64,000 nt of DNA from Oscillospiraceae bacterium (GCA_902790325.1 CADARP010000012.1:9475-73474), one strand, 5' to 3'; shown: positions 19,110-30,026, numbered from the stretch's first letter. The notes: a model not told the origin generated them from the sequence alone. Numbers and translations are program-made.

Positions 19110-20516
19110 TTGAGTCTGTACGATCCTATGAAAAACGTCGTTCCGCCTTCGGAAACGGCACGGCAAAATGAATACGCGGCGCTGGTGCGGACGGTGCTGG
19201 ACGCGCGTTTTTCCGACAAGCCGCGCGCCTTTGTGCACACCTACGGCTGCCAGGGCAACGTGTCCGACGGCGAGCGCATGAAGGGGATGCTGCGCGCGTG
19301 CGGCTTTGTCTTCACCGACACGCCGGACGACGCCGATCTGGTGCTGTACAATACATGCGCCGTGCGCGAGCATGCGCAGGACAGGGTGTTCGGCAACGTA
19401 GGCGCGTTAAAACCCATCAAGAACAAACGCCGCCACATGAAGATCGCGCTGTGCGGGTGCATGGTGCAGCAGCCGCATGTGGCGCAGCGCCTGCGCAGGA
19501 GCTATCCGTTCGTCGACCTGATCTTCGGCACACATGTGACGCACCGCCTTCCGGAGTTTTTGTACCGCCTGTACTGCACGGGCGAAAAGGTCTGCGAGAT
19601 CCCGCAGTCCGACGGCGTGATCGCGGAGAATATCCCCGTCTCGCGCGACAGCAGTTTCAAAGCGTGGGTGCCGATCATGTACGGCTGCAACAACTTCTGC
19701 AGCTACTGCATCGTGCCGTATGTGCGCGGACGCGAGCGAAGCCGCACCGTCGATGCGATCCTCGACGAGGTGCGTTCGGTCGTTGCGGCGGGATACAAAG
19801 AGATTACCCTCCTGGGACAAAACGTCAACTCCTATAAAGGCGAGCTGGACTTCGCGGGACTTCTGCGCGAGATCAACGCCATTCCCGGCGAATTCCTCAT
19901 CCGCTTCATGACCTCGCACCCGAAGGACTGTACGCGCGAGCTGATCGACACGATCGCCGCGTGTGAGAAGGTCGAGCGTCATCTGCACCTGCCGTTCCAG
20001 AGCGGCAGCGACCGTATCCTGCGCGAAATGAACCGGCACTATGACCGCGCGCAGTATCTTTCTTTGGTAAACTACGCGAAACAGACGATCCCCGATCTGC
20101 TGCTGACGAGCGATGTGATCGTCGGCTTTCCGGGCGAGACGGCGCAGGAGTTCGACGAAACGCTCTCGCTCGCGGACGAGGTGGGATTCTCATCGCTGTT
20201 TCTGTTCATCTATTCCCCGCGCGAGGGGACAAAGGCGGCGTCCATGCCGGACGAGACCGACCGTGCGGAAAAGGTGCGGCGGTTCCAGTCGCTCGAAAAA
20301 CTCCAGGCGCAGCACAGCACACGGATCGCCGAAAGTATGGTCGGACGGACATTCCGCGTCCTGTGCGAGGAGGAGAACCGCGAGGGTGTCCTCACAGGCA
20401 AGACGAGCGGCAGCATGCCGGTGGAGTTTCCGGGCGCGGCGGACCGCGTCGGTACGTTTGTCGATGTGCGCATCACCGAGCGCACGGGTTGGACGCTGAA
20501 GGGAGAGATCGTATGA
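19110..20516 (+). CDS. miaB: tRNA (N6-isopentenyl-adenosine37-C2)-methylthiotransferase MiaB
   Basis: TYGCQGNVSDGERM (UPF0004 domain), the radical SAM site MYGCNNFCSYCIVPYVRGRERS, and a TRAM-like C-terminus. The start is assigned to TTG 19110, 7 nt after GAAGGAG. ATG 19128 is the alternative. Confidence 0.85.
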   Translation: MSLYDPMKNVVPPSETARQNEYAALVRTVLDARFSDKPRAFVHTYGCQGNVSDGERMKGMLRACGFVFTDTPDDADLVLYNTCAVREHAQDRVFGNVGALKPIKNKRRHMKIALCGCMVQQPHVAQRLRRSYPFVDLIFGTHVTHRLPEFLYRLYCTGEKVCEIPQSDGVIAENIPVSRDSSFKAWVPIMYGCNNFCSYCIVPYVRGRERSRTVDAILDEVRSVVAAGYKEITLLGQNVNSYKGELDFAGLLREINAIPGEFLIRFMTSHPKDCTRELIDTIAACEKVERHLHLPFQSGSDRILREMNRHYDRAQYLSLVNYAKQTIPDLLLTSDVIVGFPGETAQEFDETLSLADEVGFSSLFLFIYSPREGTKAASMPDETDRAEKVRRFQSLEKLQAQHSTRIAESMVGRTFRVLCEEENREGVLTGKTSGSMPVEFPGAADRVGTFVDVRITERTGWTLKGEIV

Positions 20517-21337
20517 GAGCGCTGGGCATGAGTCTGACGGACGGCGAAACGCCGTGGCGTGAGCAGATGCGTCTGATTGCCGACGCGGGCTTCGACTGTA
20601 CGTTCTTCGACTGGGACGCGGATGTCAATACGCTTGAACGCACGGATTTTGCGCGAAACTGCGGCCTTTCGATCGACTCGCTGCACGCGCCGTTCGGCAG
20701 GATCAACAGCTTCTGGGAGGACACGCAGGAGGGCGCGGACTACCATGCGCTGATGCTTCGCATCCTCGACGAATGCGCCGCGGCCGGGATCAATAAGCTC
20801 GTCATGCATACCACCGTCGGCAACCATCCGCCGCAGACGTGCGAACGCGGATTTATTCGGTACCGAACGATGTGCGATTACGCAAAGGAAAAGGGCGTGC
20901 ACATCTGTTTTGAAAACCTCGAACCATTCCCGCATCTGCATGAGATTCTCGCCGTGATCGACGATCCGTTTCACGGATTCTGCTGGGACTGCGGCCACAA
21001 TTTGTGCTACACGCCGCATGTGGATATGATGGCGCGGTATGCGGATCGCCTCATGTGTCTGCACCTGCACGACAACAACGGCGTCACGCAGCCGGGCAAC
21101 ATCGACTTCCGCGACGATCTGCACATGCTGCCGTTCGACGGTGTGCTCGACTGGGAGTGGACCGCGCGCAAGATCGCGGACAGCGGCTATACGGGACCGC
21201 TGACATTTGAGTATTCTTCACGCACGGCGCGCCGTCACGCCGATAAGCCGTACGGCGCATTCGTGCGGACGGCAAAGGAGCGCGCGGTGCGGCTGCGCGA
21301 TATGATCGACAATATTGAAAAGGAAATAAAGGAGTAA
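20513..21337 (+). CDS. Sugar phosphate isomerase/epimerase (xylose-isomerase-like TIM barrel)
   Basis: ATGA overlap with the miaB stop. FENLEP, CWDCGHN and LHLHDNNG metal-site motifs. Confidence 0.7.
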   Translation: MRALGMSLTDGETPWREQMRLIADAGFDCTFFDWDADVNTLERTDFARNCGLSIDSLHAPFGRINSFWEDTQEGADYHALMLRILDECAAAGINKLVMHTTVGNHPPQTCERGFIRYRTMCDYAKEKGVHICFENLEPFPHLHEILAVIDDPFHGFCWDCGHNLCYTPHVDMMARYADRLMCLHLHDNNGVTQPGNIDFRDDLHMLPFDGVLDWEWTARKIADSGYTGPLTFEYSSRTARRHADKPYGAFVRTAKERAVRLRDMIDNIEKEIKE

Positions 21338-21340
21338 ACC

Positions 21341-21748
21341 ATGGATCTGATTCAAATGACAAGAGAGCTGGGCGCGGCGCTGCAGCAGGACGCGCGGTAC
21401 CTCGAATTCATGCAGGCGCATGACGAAAACGAAAAGGACAGCGCACTGCAGGCCCTCATCGGCAAAATCCAGCTCGTGCACATGTCCTACAACCGCGAGG
21501 CGTCCAAGGACGACAAGGACGAGGAAAAACTCAAGGAATACGACCGGCAGTTCAACACACTCTACAACGAAGTGATGTGCAATCCGAATATGCGCCGCTA
21601 TGAAAAAGCGCGCGACGAAGCGGACAAGCTCATGAAGGAGATCACCGGCATCCTGACGCTGTGCATGCGCGGCGAGGATCCGATGACGTGTGATCCGAAC
21701 GCGGGTTCGTGCGGCGGCGACTGCGGTTCATGCGGCGGATGCGGCTGA
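21341..21748 (+). CDS. YlbF/YmcA-family regulatory protein with a Cys-rich C-terminal tail
   Basis: N-terminal LGAALQQDARYLEFMQA...LIGKIQL pattern of the YlbF family. The C-terminus is CDPNAGSCGGDCGSCGGCG. Confidence 0.65.
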   Translation: MDLIQMTRELGAALQQDARYLEFMQAHDENEKDSALQALIGKIQLVHMSYNREASKDDKDEEKLKEYDRQFNTLYNEVMCNPNMRRYEKARDEADKLMKEITGILTLCMRGEDPMTCDPNAGSCGGDCGSCGGCG

Positions 21749-21785
21749 TTTTTTACAGAGTCTGAATGAATAGGAAGTGCGGAGC

Positions 21786-24398
21786 ATGGCGGAATTGACG
21801 CCGATGATGCGCCAGTATTTTGAGATCAAAAAAGAATACAGCGACACGATTCTGATGTTCCGGCTCGGAGACTTTTACGAAATGTTCTTTGACGATGCCA
21901 AAACGGCGTCGCGCGAGCTGGAGCTGGTGTTGACCGGCCGCGACTGCGGACAGGAGGAGCGCGCGCCGATGTGCGGCGTGCCGTTCCACAGTGCCGATTC
22001 CTATATTGCGCGTTTGGTGCAAAAAGGCTACAAGGTCGCCATCTGTGAGCAGACCGAGGACCCCGCGCTGGCCAAGGGTCTGGTGAAACGCGCTGTGGTG
22101 CGCGTCATCACGCCCGGTACGGTCATCGAGAGCAGTATGCTCGACGAGTCGCGCAACAATTATCTCGGGTGTATCGTGCTCGACAAAAAAGAGGCGGGCG
22201 TCTGCTTTGCCGACGTGTCCACGGGCGAGGTGCACGCGGCGCAGTTGAGCGGCAAGGACGTCGCTGCCAAGATCATCAACGAGCTGTGCCGGTTCTCCCC
22301 GACGGAGGTGCTGCTCTCGCCGCAGGTCTGTGCGCAGAGCGAGATCGTCGAATTCGTTCGGGATCGAATCCACGCCGCCGCAGAGACGATGGATGCAGAC
22401 TTTTTCTCCGTTTCCGACTGCGGCACGGAGGTTTTGCGCCACTTCAAGGTCGCTTCATCGGCCGAGATCGGCGTGGAGGGCGAGCAGGCGACGGTTGCGC
22501 TGGGTGCATCACTTCGGTACCTGAAGGATGTGCAGAAATCGGAATTGGACAACATCCGCTCCGTCGACTATTACAGTGACGCACGTTTCATGAAGCTGGA
22601 CGCGTCGTCCCGCCGCAATCTGGAACTGACCGAAACCATGCGCACGCGCGAGAAGCGCGGGACGCTGCTGTGGGTGTTGGACAAGACGCGTACCCCTATG
22701 GGGAAGCGTCTGATACGCAGTTGGCTCGAACAGCCGCTTCTGAGCATTCCGCGCATTACCAGACGGCAGGGTGCGATCGACGAATTGGTGCGCGAAGGCA
22801 TTCTGCGCGAGGAGATCCGCGCGATCCTTTCGGACATCGGCGATATGGAACGCGTGATGGCGCGCGTTGTCTACGGTACCGCAAATGCCAAGGAACTCAA
22901 AGCGCTCGAACAGACGGCGGACAAGCTGCCTGCGCTCAAGGCGCTGCTTGACGGCTGCGGTTCGACGCTGCTGCGGGAACTGTACGCGCAGCTTGATCCG
23001 CTCGAGGATGTGACCGCGTGGATCCGCGAGGCGATTGTCGAGGACCCGCCGTTCTCCGTGCGTGAGGGCGGCATGATCGCCGCAGGCTTCAACGAGGAAC
23101 TTGACGCGCTGCGCAGCATCGTGACGGACAACAAGGGATTCATCGCGTCCATCCAGATGCAGGAGCAGGAAAAGACCGGCATCAAGAAGCTGAAAATCGG
23201 ATACAATCGTGTATTCGGCTATTATATAGAGGTACCGAACGCCTTTAAGGAGCTGGTACCCGAAACATACATCCGCAAGCAGACACTTGCCAACTGCGAG
23301 CGGTACATCACGGAGGAGCTCAAGACGCTCGAAGCCAAGGTGCTTTCGGCGCAGGAGCGCATCACGGGACTGGAATACGAGATCTTTTCCGCCGTGCGTG
23401 AAAAGGTGGCGGATCAGTTTTCCCGCATCCAAAAGACGGCGGTTTCCGTTGCCGCGCTCGACACGCTCGCCTCGCTTGCGCAGGTCGCACAGGATCACGG
23501 ATATGTATGCCCGCAGATCACGGACGACCGCACGCTCGACATCCGCGACGGCCGCCATCCCGTGGTCGAGCAGATGCTCGGCGGGCTGCCGTTTGTGCCC
23601 AATGACACCGTGCTTGACTGCGCGGAAAACCGATGCGCGATCATCACCGGTCCTAATATGGCGGGTAAATCGACATATATGCGGCAGGTTGCGCTGATTA
23701 CGCTCATGGCGCAGATCGGCTCGTTCGTACCGGCCAAAGCGGCGACAATCGGCGTCTGCGACAGCATATTCACACGCGTGGGCGCATCGGATGATCTCGC
23801 ATCCGGACAGTCCACATTCATGGTCGAAATGAGTGAGGTCGCCTCGATCCTCAAAAATGCGACGAGCAAGAGTCTGATCATCTTTGACGAGATCGGCCGC
23901 GGTACATCGACGTTCGACGGCATGAGCATCGCCCGCGCGGTGCTGGAATATGCTGCGGATCCGAAGAAACTCGGGGCAAAGACGCTGTTCGCTACGCATT
24001 ACCATGAGCTGACGGAGCTCGAGGAGACGATCCCCGGTGTGCGTAACTATAACATTGCCGTCAAAAAACGCGGCGACGACATCACGTTCTTGCGCCGGAT
24101 CGTGCGCGGCGGTGCCGACGGCAGCTACGGTATTGAGGTAGCGAAGCTTGCAGGCGTGCCGAACGGTGTCGTTCAGCGGGCAAAAATCATCCTGCAGGAG
24201 CTGGAGGAGAAGGGATACTGCGCCCGGACGCCGCAGGATCATACGGTACCGAAAGATGATTCGCCGCAGATGACATTCGGCGGCGGCCGGGAAAGTGAGA
24301 TCGTCGGGAAGCTGCGCAGTCTGGACGTCAATACGCTCACGCCGATCGAGGCGTTGACGGAGCTGTTCACGCTCTGCGCCGAGGCGAAATCGATTTGA
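21786..24398 (+). CDS. mutS: DNA mismatch repair protein MutS
   Basis: TPMMRQYFEIKKEY N-terminus, Walker A GPNMAGKSTYMRQ, DEIGRGTSTFDG. Confidence 0.95.
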   Translation: MAELTPMMRQYFEIKKEYSDTILMFRLGDFYEMFFDDAKTASRELELVLTGRDCGQEERAPMCGVPFHSADSYIARLVQKGYKVAICEQTEDPALAKGLVKRAVVRVITPGTVIESSMLDESRNNYLGCIVLDKKEAGVCFADVSTGEVHAAQLSGKDVAAKIINELCRFSPTEVLLSPQVCAQSEIVEFVRDRIHAAAETMDADFFSVSDCGTEVLRHFKVASSAEIGVEGEQATVALGASLRYLKDVQKSELDNIRSVDYYSDARFMKLDASSRRNLELTETMRTREKRGTLLWVLDKTRTPMGKRLIRSWLEQPLLSIPRITRRQGAIDELVREGILREEIRAILSDIGDMERVMARVVYGTANAKELKALEQTADKLPALKALLDGCGSTLLRELYAQLDPLEDVTAWIREAIVEDPPFSVREGGMIAAGFNEELDALRSIVTDNKGFIASIQMQEQEKTGIKKLKIGYNRVFGYYIEVPNAFKELVPETYIRKQTLANCERYITEELKTLEAKVLSAQERITGLEYEIFSAVREKVADQFSRIQKTAVSVAALDTLASLAQVAQDHGYVCPQITDDRTLDIRDGRHPVVEQMLGGLPFVPNDTVLDCAENRCAIITGPNMAGKSTYMRQVALITLMAQIGSFVPAKAATIGVCDSIFTRVGASDDLASGQSTFMVEMSEVASILKNATSKSLIIFDEIGRGTSTFDGMSIARAVLEYAADPKKLGAKTLFATHYHELTELEETIPGVRNYNIAVKKRGDDITFLRRIVRGGADGSYGIEVAKLAGVPNGVVQRAKIILQELEEKGYCARTPQDHTVPKDDSPQMTFGGGRESEIVGKLRSLDVNTLTPIEALTELFTLCAEAKSI

Positions 24399-24438
24399 TC
24401 GGATTTGATTTAACTGATATACGAAAGGTGGGACTTTT

Positions 24439-26409
24439 GTGCCGAAGATCGTACGACTGCCGAAATCGGTGGCGGATCTGATCGCGGCCGGCGAGGTCGT
24501 TGAGCGTCCGTCGTCGGTCGTGAAGGAACTTTTGGAAAACAGCATAGACGCCGGCGCAAAAAAGATCACCGTCGAGATCCGCCGCGGCGGGGTGCAGTAC
24601 ATCCGTGTCACGGACGACGGCTGCGGCATCGCCCGCGAGGACGTGCGCAACGCGTTTGTCAGCCACGCCACAAGCAAAATCACCGGCGCAGATGATCTGA
24701 ATCGCATCTTCACGCTTGGATTCCGCGGCGAAGCGCTTGCATCGGCAGCGGCTGTGAGCCGTGTCGAAGTCATGACGCGCATGGCGGACGAGCCCATCGG
24801 CACACATTACTGCATCGAAGGCGGCGAAGAGACGCTGCTCGACGACGCGGGCTGTCCGGTCGGTACGACGCTGATCGTGCGTGACCTTTTCTACAACACG
24901 CCCGCGCGCATGAAGTTTCTGAAAAAAGACGTTGTTGAAGCCAACTCTGTGGCGGGTGTTGTGGACCGCATTGCGCTCTCGCATCCCGAGATCAGTATCC
25001 GGTTCATCCGCGAGGACAAGCAGACACTGCTCACGCCCGGAGACGGCAAAACAGAAAGCGCGATCTATGCTGTGTTCGGACGGGAATTCCTCGCAAGCCT
25101 TCTGCCGGTGTCCTATACGTGCGACGGTGTAACGGTCGATGGATTCGTCTCGAAGCCGAGTGCTTCGCGCCCGAATCGAAGCATGCAGTTCTTTTACCTG
25201 AACGGACGGTTTATCAAGACGGGAACCGGCTCCGCCGCGTTGTCCGAAGCATACAAACACGCGATCATGGCCGGAAAGTTTCCTGCCTGTGTTCTGAATA
25301 TTACGGTGCCGAACCAACTGGTGGACGTCAATGTCCATCCGGCAAAGATCGAAGTGCGGTTTGCCAATGAAAAGATGATTTTCAACGCGGTATACTACGC
25401 GGTGAAGAACACGCTTGAGGGGGATCGATCCAAAGCGCCGCTGCATATAAACCCCGACAAGAATGCGCTGCGCAATTTCTACGCAATGGCCGGAGAAGAA
25501 AAGCCGCAGCAGATGGAACTGCGCACTGCGGTGCAAAAAAGGGACGACTTTTTTGTACATACGTCGGATGTATCCGCTCTTTTTGATTCGGCACCGAAAC
25601 GTGCGCCGAAACCGACAGACAGCGTAACGCTGCGCGCACCGGCGGCGATACAGGATGCGGCGGACGAATTTGCGTTTCTTGCGCAGCCTTCCGTGCGCAA
25701 ACCTCCCGCGGCGGCCGAAAATGCTCCGCCCCCTGCTCCGGAACCCGTGCCGGTCGAGTCCGGAACCGAACGACCCGCCGAACCCGCACAGACGGCAGAA
25801 CCTGCACAGACCGCAGAATCTGTTCAGACAGAGGATGCGGCGCCGGAATTCCGCGTGATCGGCGAGGCGTTCCGCACATATATATTTGTCGAAACCGAAA
25901 ACAAAATCTGGATTATAGATAAACATGCCGCGCATGAGCGGATGCTGTATGAGCAGCTTCGCGCATCGCCGGACGGAAAAGCTTCGCAGATGCTGCTCGC
26001 GCCGATCCCCGTGACGCTGCGCAAGGACGAGTACGACGCTGTCCTGGAGCATGCCGGTATGCTTGCCGACGCGGGATTTACCGTGGAAGACTTCGGTACC
26101 GGAACAATTTCTGTGACGTCATGCCCGATCTTGCTGGACGCATCGGATGTTCCGGACGCGATCGCGGAGCTTGCAGGCTATCTCTGCCGCAGTTCGCAGC
26201 AGATCCTGACCGAAAAGATGGACTGGATCTACCACAACACCGCATGCCGCGCCGCAATCAAAGGCGGCGATTTCACTTCTGAATATGAGCTGCGGCAGTT
26301 TACCGAAAAACTGCTGTCCATGCCGCAGATTCGTACGTGTCCGCACGGCCGTCCCGTGATGATCGAGATGACGCGTCGGGAAATGGAGAAGAGCTTTGGA
26401 CGCGTGTGA
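24439..26409 (+). CDS. mutL: DNA mismatch repair endonuclease MutL
   Basis: LIAAGEVVERPSSVVKELLENSIDAG GHKL ATPase N-terminus and C-terminal dimerisation/endonuclease region. GTG start. Confidence 0.95.
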   Translation: MPKIVRLPKSVADLIAAGEVVERPSSVVKELLENSIDAGAKKITVEIRRGGVQYIRVTDDGCGIAREDVRNAFVSHATSKITGADDLNRIFTLGFRGEALASAAAVSRVEVMTRMADEPIGTHYCIEGGEETLLDDAGCPVGTTLIVRDLFYNTPARMKFLKKDVVEANSVAGVVDRIALSHPEISIRFIREDKQTLLTPGDGKTESAIYAVFGREFLASLLPVSYTCDGVTVDGFVSKPSASRPNRSMQFFYLNGRFIKTGTGSAALSEAYKHAIMAGKFPACVLNITVPNQLVDVNVHPAKIEVRFANEKMIFNAVYYAVKNTLEGDRSKAPLHINPDKNALRNFYAMAGEEKPQQMELRTAVQKRDDFFVHTSDVSALFDSAPKRAPKPTDSVTLRAPAAIQDAADEFAFLAQPSVRKPPAAAENAPPPAPEPVPVESGTERPAEPAQTAEPAQTAESVQTEDAAPEFRVIGEAFRTYIFVETENKIWIIDKHAAHERMLYEQLRASPDGKASQMLLAPIPVTLRKDEYDAVLEHAGMLADAGFTVEDFGTGTISVTSCPILLDASDVPDAIAELAGYLCRSSQQILTEKMDWIYHNTACRAAIKGGDFTSEYELRQFTEKLLSMPQIRTCPHGRPVMIEMTRREMEKSFGRV

Positions 26410-27355
26410 GAAGATACCCGTGCTTGCGGTCGTCGGACCGACCGCGTCCGGCAAGACGGCGCTGGCTGTGCGGCTGGCAAAAAAGTTCGGCGCCGAAATT
26501 ATTTCGGCGGACTCGATGCAGATCTATTCGGATTTGTATGTTTCGACTGCCAGACCTGACGAAACAGAGATGCAGGGCGTCCCGCACCACCTGCTCGGAT
26601 TTCTGCCTGCCGATCAGCCGTACAGCGCCGCGGACTTCTGCGCGATGGCCAAGGCGTGCGCCGCCGATATTCATTCGCGCGGCAAACGCGTGATCCTGTG
26701 CGGCGGGACGGGACTGTATGTGCAGTCATTTTTGGAGAATATCACGTTTACCGGCGAGGGCGGCGATCCGGACTTCCGGGCGAAGATGCACCGCCTTGCC
26801 GAAGAACAGGGCAATGAGGCCGTCTGGCGCGAGCTGTGTGCCGTCGATCCGGACGGTGCGCAGGCGCTGCACCCCAACAATCTCGGACGTGTGATCCGCG
26901 CACTGGAGATTTATCGCAGTACAGGTCTTACGACCGCGCAGCAGCGGGTACAGTCGCGGCTTGAGCCGTCTCCGTACCGCTCGCTTGTGCTGTGCCTTGA
27001 CTTTCAGGATCGGCAGAAGCTGTATGCGCGCATCGACCTGCGCGTGCAGGAAATGCTGCGCCGCGGTCTGGAAGCGGAGGCGCGTCGCTTTTTTGAACGT
27101 TACGGAACGGACAGCGGAACCGCGCGGCAGGCAATCGGCTGCAAGGAGTTCCTGCCGTATTTCCGCGGCGAGATCCCGTATGCGCAGGCAGTGGAATCAA
27201 TCTGCCGCGGGACGCGCCGCTATGCCAAGCGGCAGCTGACATGGTTCCGGCGTATGCCGGGCATTCAAACGATTTATGCGGACGCACAGCAGGATGTGTT
27301 CGATCAGGCGCTGGAGCGGATCGACGCGGACGGGCTGTTCTCTTCGGGAGGATAA
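26396..27355 (+). CDS. miaA: tRNA dimethylallyltransferase MiaA
   Basis: VVGPTASGKTALAV P-loop, ISADSMQIY, and conserved mutS-mutL-miaA synteny. Confidence 0.9.
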   Translation: MDACEKIPVLAVVGPTASGKTALAVRLAKKFGAEIISADSMQIYSDLYVSTARPDETEMQGVPHHLLGFLPADQPYSAADFCAMAKACAADIHSRGKRVILCGGTGLYVQSFLENITFTGEGGDPDFRAKMHRLAEEQGNEAVWRELCAVDPDGAQALHPNNLGRVIRALEIYRSTGLTTAQQRVQSRLEPSPYRSLVLCLDFQDRQKLYARIDLRVQEMLRRGLEAEARRFFERYGTDSGTARQAIGCKEFLPYFRGEIPYAQAVESICRGTRRYAKRQLTWFRRMPGIQTIYADAQQDVFDQALERIDADGLFSSGG

Positions 27356-27359
27356 AGCA

Positions 27360-28700
27360 GTGGCAAAGAAAACGGAACGAAATCGCACGAAAAATGCGCG
27401 CACACGAATGCTCGTGCAGCGCGTTGTGGTCGTGCTTGTCGTATTGGGACTTGCCGGCACGCTCATCTACCAGATCGCAAAGCTGCGGCAAAATCCGATC
27501 CGTACCACGACGGCATTGGAAGAGACGGTATACGACGAGCTGGATACGGACGTCTTCGTGCTGCGGGACGAGCAGGCCGTGCAGGCGGATCTGTCCGGTT
27601 ACACGGTCCTGTTTGTGCAGGACGGCGAGCGCGTCGAGGCAGGCGCGCAGATCGCCGCGCGGTTTGCGGATTCCGGTTCGGCCAAACGATATGCGGATCT
27701 GATGGAGCTGCGCGCGGAATACGATCGCTACGCGGCGCTTTCGAGCGGACGGGAGTATTCATCCATGAAGGTCGAAGCGCTCATGCAGAGGGCGGCGGAC
27801 AGGGTGTGCGCGTTCATCGACGCGGCCGACACCGGCAATATCGCCGCGGCCAAAACATACGAGAATGATTTCCTCGGGCAGGAGACGGCGCTGGAGATCG
27901 CGGTCACCGGCGATCTCGATCTTTCGTCCAAGATCGCCGATCTTTCCCAGAAACTGCAGGCGCAGGAGGCGACTGTCGGGGAGTATACGTCCGTCACAAC
28001 CGAAGTCCAGTCGGCGGGGTATTTCTTCAGCCGGACGGACGGATGCGAGGACGTGCTGTCTTATGCGGACGCCGACAAGCTGACCGTCGAACAGATTGAG
28101 CTTGCGCTGGGCGAAAAGCCGGCGCAGTCATCCGGCAGCAAGATCGTCAAGAGCCACGTCTGGTATGTCGCGGCGATTCTCGATACGCAGACGGCGGAAA
28201 AGCTGACGGTCAAAAAGAGTACCGTGCGCATCGCGTTCCCGAAGGCGGGCGTCCCGGACGTGCACGCGACCGTGTACGCGCTCAACCCGGATACCGACGG
28301 GAAGTGTGCGGCGGTATTCCGCTGCATCGAAGTCAGCGAATCGCTGCTGCGGCTGCGCCGGAGCGAGGCACGCATCATCCTCGGGGAGAAGACCGGCTTC
28401 AGGGTGCCGCAGAGCGCGGTACGCTATCTCGACATGAACACATACGACGAGAACGGAAAGGCGATCGTCGATGAAAACGGCAACAATGTGACGGCAAAGA
28501 CACGCTGCGTGTTCATCTTGCGCGGCAACGTCGTTTCACAGCGCAGATTGTATGTGGTCTACACGGGCGACGATTATCTGCTGTCCGGAACGCCGGATAT
28601 GGAAAAAGATAAGACGCTCACGGGCAATTACGTCGGGCGGTACGATGAGATCATTACGGGAGGGAAGAATCTGTATGCAGGCGCAGTCATATACGAATGA
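27360..28700 (+). CDS. Membrane-anchored HlyD-like (coiled-coil plus barrel-sandwich) protein
   Basis: GTG at 27360, 8 nt after GGGAGG. Basic N-terminus, then the TM helix VVVVLVVLGLAGTLIY. The family call rests on architecture only. Confidence 0.5.
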   Translation: MAKKTERNRTKNARTRMLVQRVVVVLVVLGLAGTLIYQIAKLRQNPIRTTTALEETVYDELDTDVFVLRDEQAVQADLSGYTVLFVQDGERVEAGAQIAARFADSGSAKRYADLMELRAEYDRYAALSSGREYSSMKVEALMQRAADRVCAFIDAADTGNIAAAKTYENDFLGQETALEIAVTGDLDLSSKIADLSQKLQAQEATVGEYTSVTTEVQSAGYFFSRTDGCEDVLSYADADKLTVEQIELALGEKPAQSSGSKIVKSHVWYVAAILDTQTAEKLTVKKSTVRIAFPKAGVPDVHATVYALNPDTDGKCAAVFRCIEVSESLLRLRRSEARIILGEKTGFRVPQSAVRYLDMNTYDENGKAIVDENGNNVTAKTRCVFILRGNVVSQRRLYVVYTGDDYLLSGTPDMEKDKTLTGNYVGRYDEIITGGKNLYAGAVIYE

Positions 28701-29409
28701 GCTCCTTGCGGGGATGCAGCGCGTGGAGGAGAGCTGGAAACGTGTGCGTTCCGACGTGGAGGAGGCGGCGATCCGCGCCGGACGCAATCCGGACGACGTG
28801 CGGCTGATGGCGGTCACCAAGACGGTGGAACCGGTTTTCATCAACCACGCGATCTCCCTGGGCGCGACGCTGATCGGCGAGAATAAGGTGCAGGAATTCC
28901 TCGCAAAGAAACCGTCGCTCGAGGGTGCGTACGAGGCGCATCTGATCGGCCATCTGCAAACGAACAAGGTGCGCCAGATCGTCGGGCAGGTCGACATGAT
29001 CCAGTCGGTCGACAGCGTGAAGCTCGCGCGCGAGATCGGCAAAGAATCCGAAAAAAAGGGCGTCGTCAGCGACATTCTGCTCGAGGTGAACATCGGTCTC
29101 GACCCCAACAAATTCGGCATTTTGCCCGACGCGCTGGAGGAAACGGCATGCGAGATCGCGGAGATTTCCGGCGTTCGGGTGTGCGGATTGATGACTGTGC
29201 CGCCTTTTGATGCGGATTTGGAAAAAACACGCAGATTTTTTTCAAATATGTATCGGCTATATATTGACATTACAGAGAAAAAAATACATAATATATTTAT
29301 GCATGTTTTGTCCATGGGCATGAGCGGAGATTATGCGCAGGCAATCGCCGAGGGCGCGACGCTTGTGCGCGTGGGCACGGCGATCTTCGGATCGCGCAAT
29401 TACCGGTGA
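28675..29409 (+). CDS. yggS: YggS/YlmE-family pyridoxal-phosphate homeostasis protein
   Basis: VRLMAVTKTV (PLP lysine) and IGENKVQE. Located upstream of sepF as in dcw-distal clusters. Confidence 0.85.
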   Translation: MQAQSYTNELLAGMQRVEESWKRVRSDVEEAAIRAGRNPDDVRLMAVTKTVEPVFINHAISLGATLIGENKVQEFLAKKPSLEGAYEAHLIGHLQTNKVRQIVGQVDMIQSVDSVKLAREIGKESEKKGVVSDILLEVNIGLDPNKFGILPDALEETACEIAEISGVRVCGLMTVPPFDADLEKTRRFFSNMYRLYIDITEKKIHNIFMHVLSMGMSGDYAQAIAEGATLVRVGTAIFGSRNYR

Positions 29410-29466
29410 AATCCGGTCGGAATCGGTCAGGAATGAATATTTTAAAATATCAGGAGGAACAACATC

Positions 29467-29991
29467 ATGGGATTCATTGACAAGCTCAAGGAAATGGCAA
29501 AAATCACAGACGAGGACTACATCGACGGCACGGACGACTATCAGGGTTACGAGGACGACTACGCGGCGGACGACTATGCCGCGGAAGAACCCGCCTCCTT
29601 CGCCGCGCCTGCCCGCGAGAGCGAGCCGCCGCGTGAGGAATCGTATGCCCGCCGCCGCGTCAACTACCAGCCGGCAGAGCGCGAGAGCGGCCGTGTCGTG
29701 GACATCCACTCCGGCAACCGCTCGCAGGTCGTCTTCAAGAAGCTGGACAAGTTCGAGGACGCCGGCGCCGTTGCGGACGTGCTGAACGAAAAGAAGATCG
29801 TCATCCTCAATCTGGAGACTTGCCCCAACGATATTTCCAGACGCGTGCTGGATTTCCTGTACGGCGTCGCCTATGCCAACAACGGCGAGATCAAGCGCGT
29901 TGCGGGCAGAGCGTATATCATCACCCCCTATAATGTTCCCGTTTCCGGCGAAATGCTGGATGATATTGAAAACGCCGGCGCGAATCTGTAA
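29467..29991 (+). CDS. sepF: Cell division protein SepF
   Basis: C-terminal KIVILNLE...RRVLDFLYGVAYANNGEIKRVAGRAYIITP is the SepF core. Confidence 0.9.
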   Translation: MGFIDKLKEMAKITDEDYIDGTDDYQGYEDDYAADDYAAEEPASFAAPARESEPPREESYARRRVNYQPAERESGRVVDIHSGNRSQVVFKKLDKFEDAGAVADVLNEKKIVILNLETCPNDISRRVLDFLYGVAYANNGEIKRVAGRAYIITPYNVPVSGEMLDDIENAGANL

Positions 29992-30026
29992 GTGACAGTC
30001 GGGTCGTGCGGGAAGGAGAGAGTACA

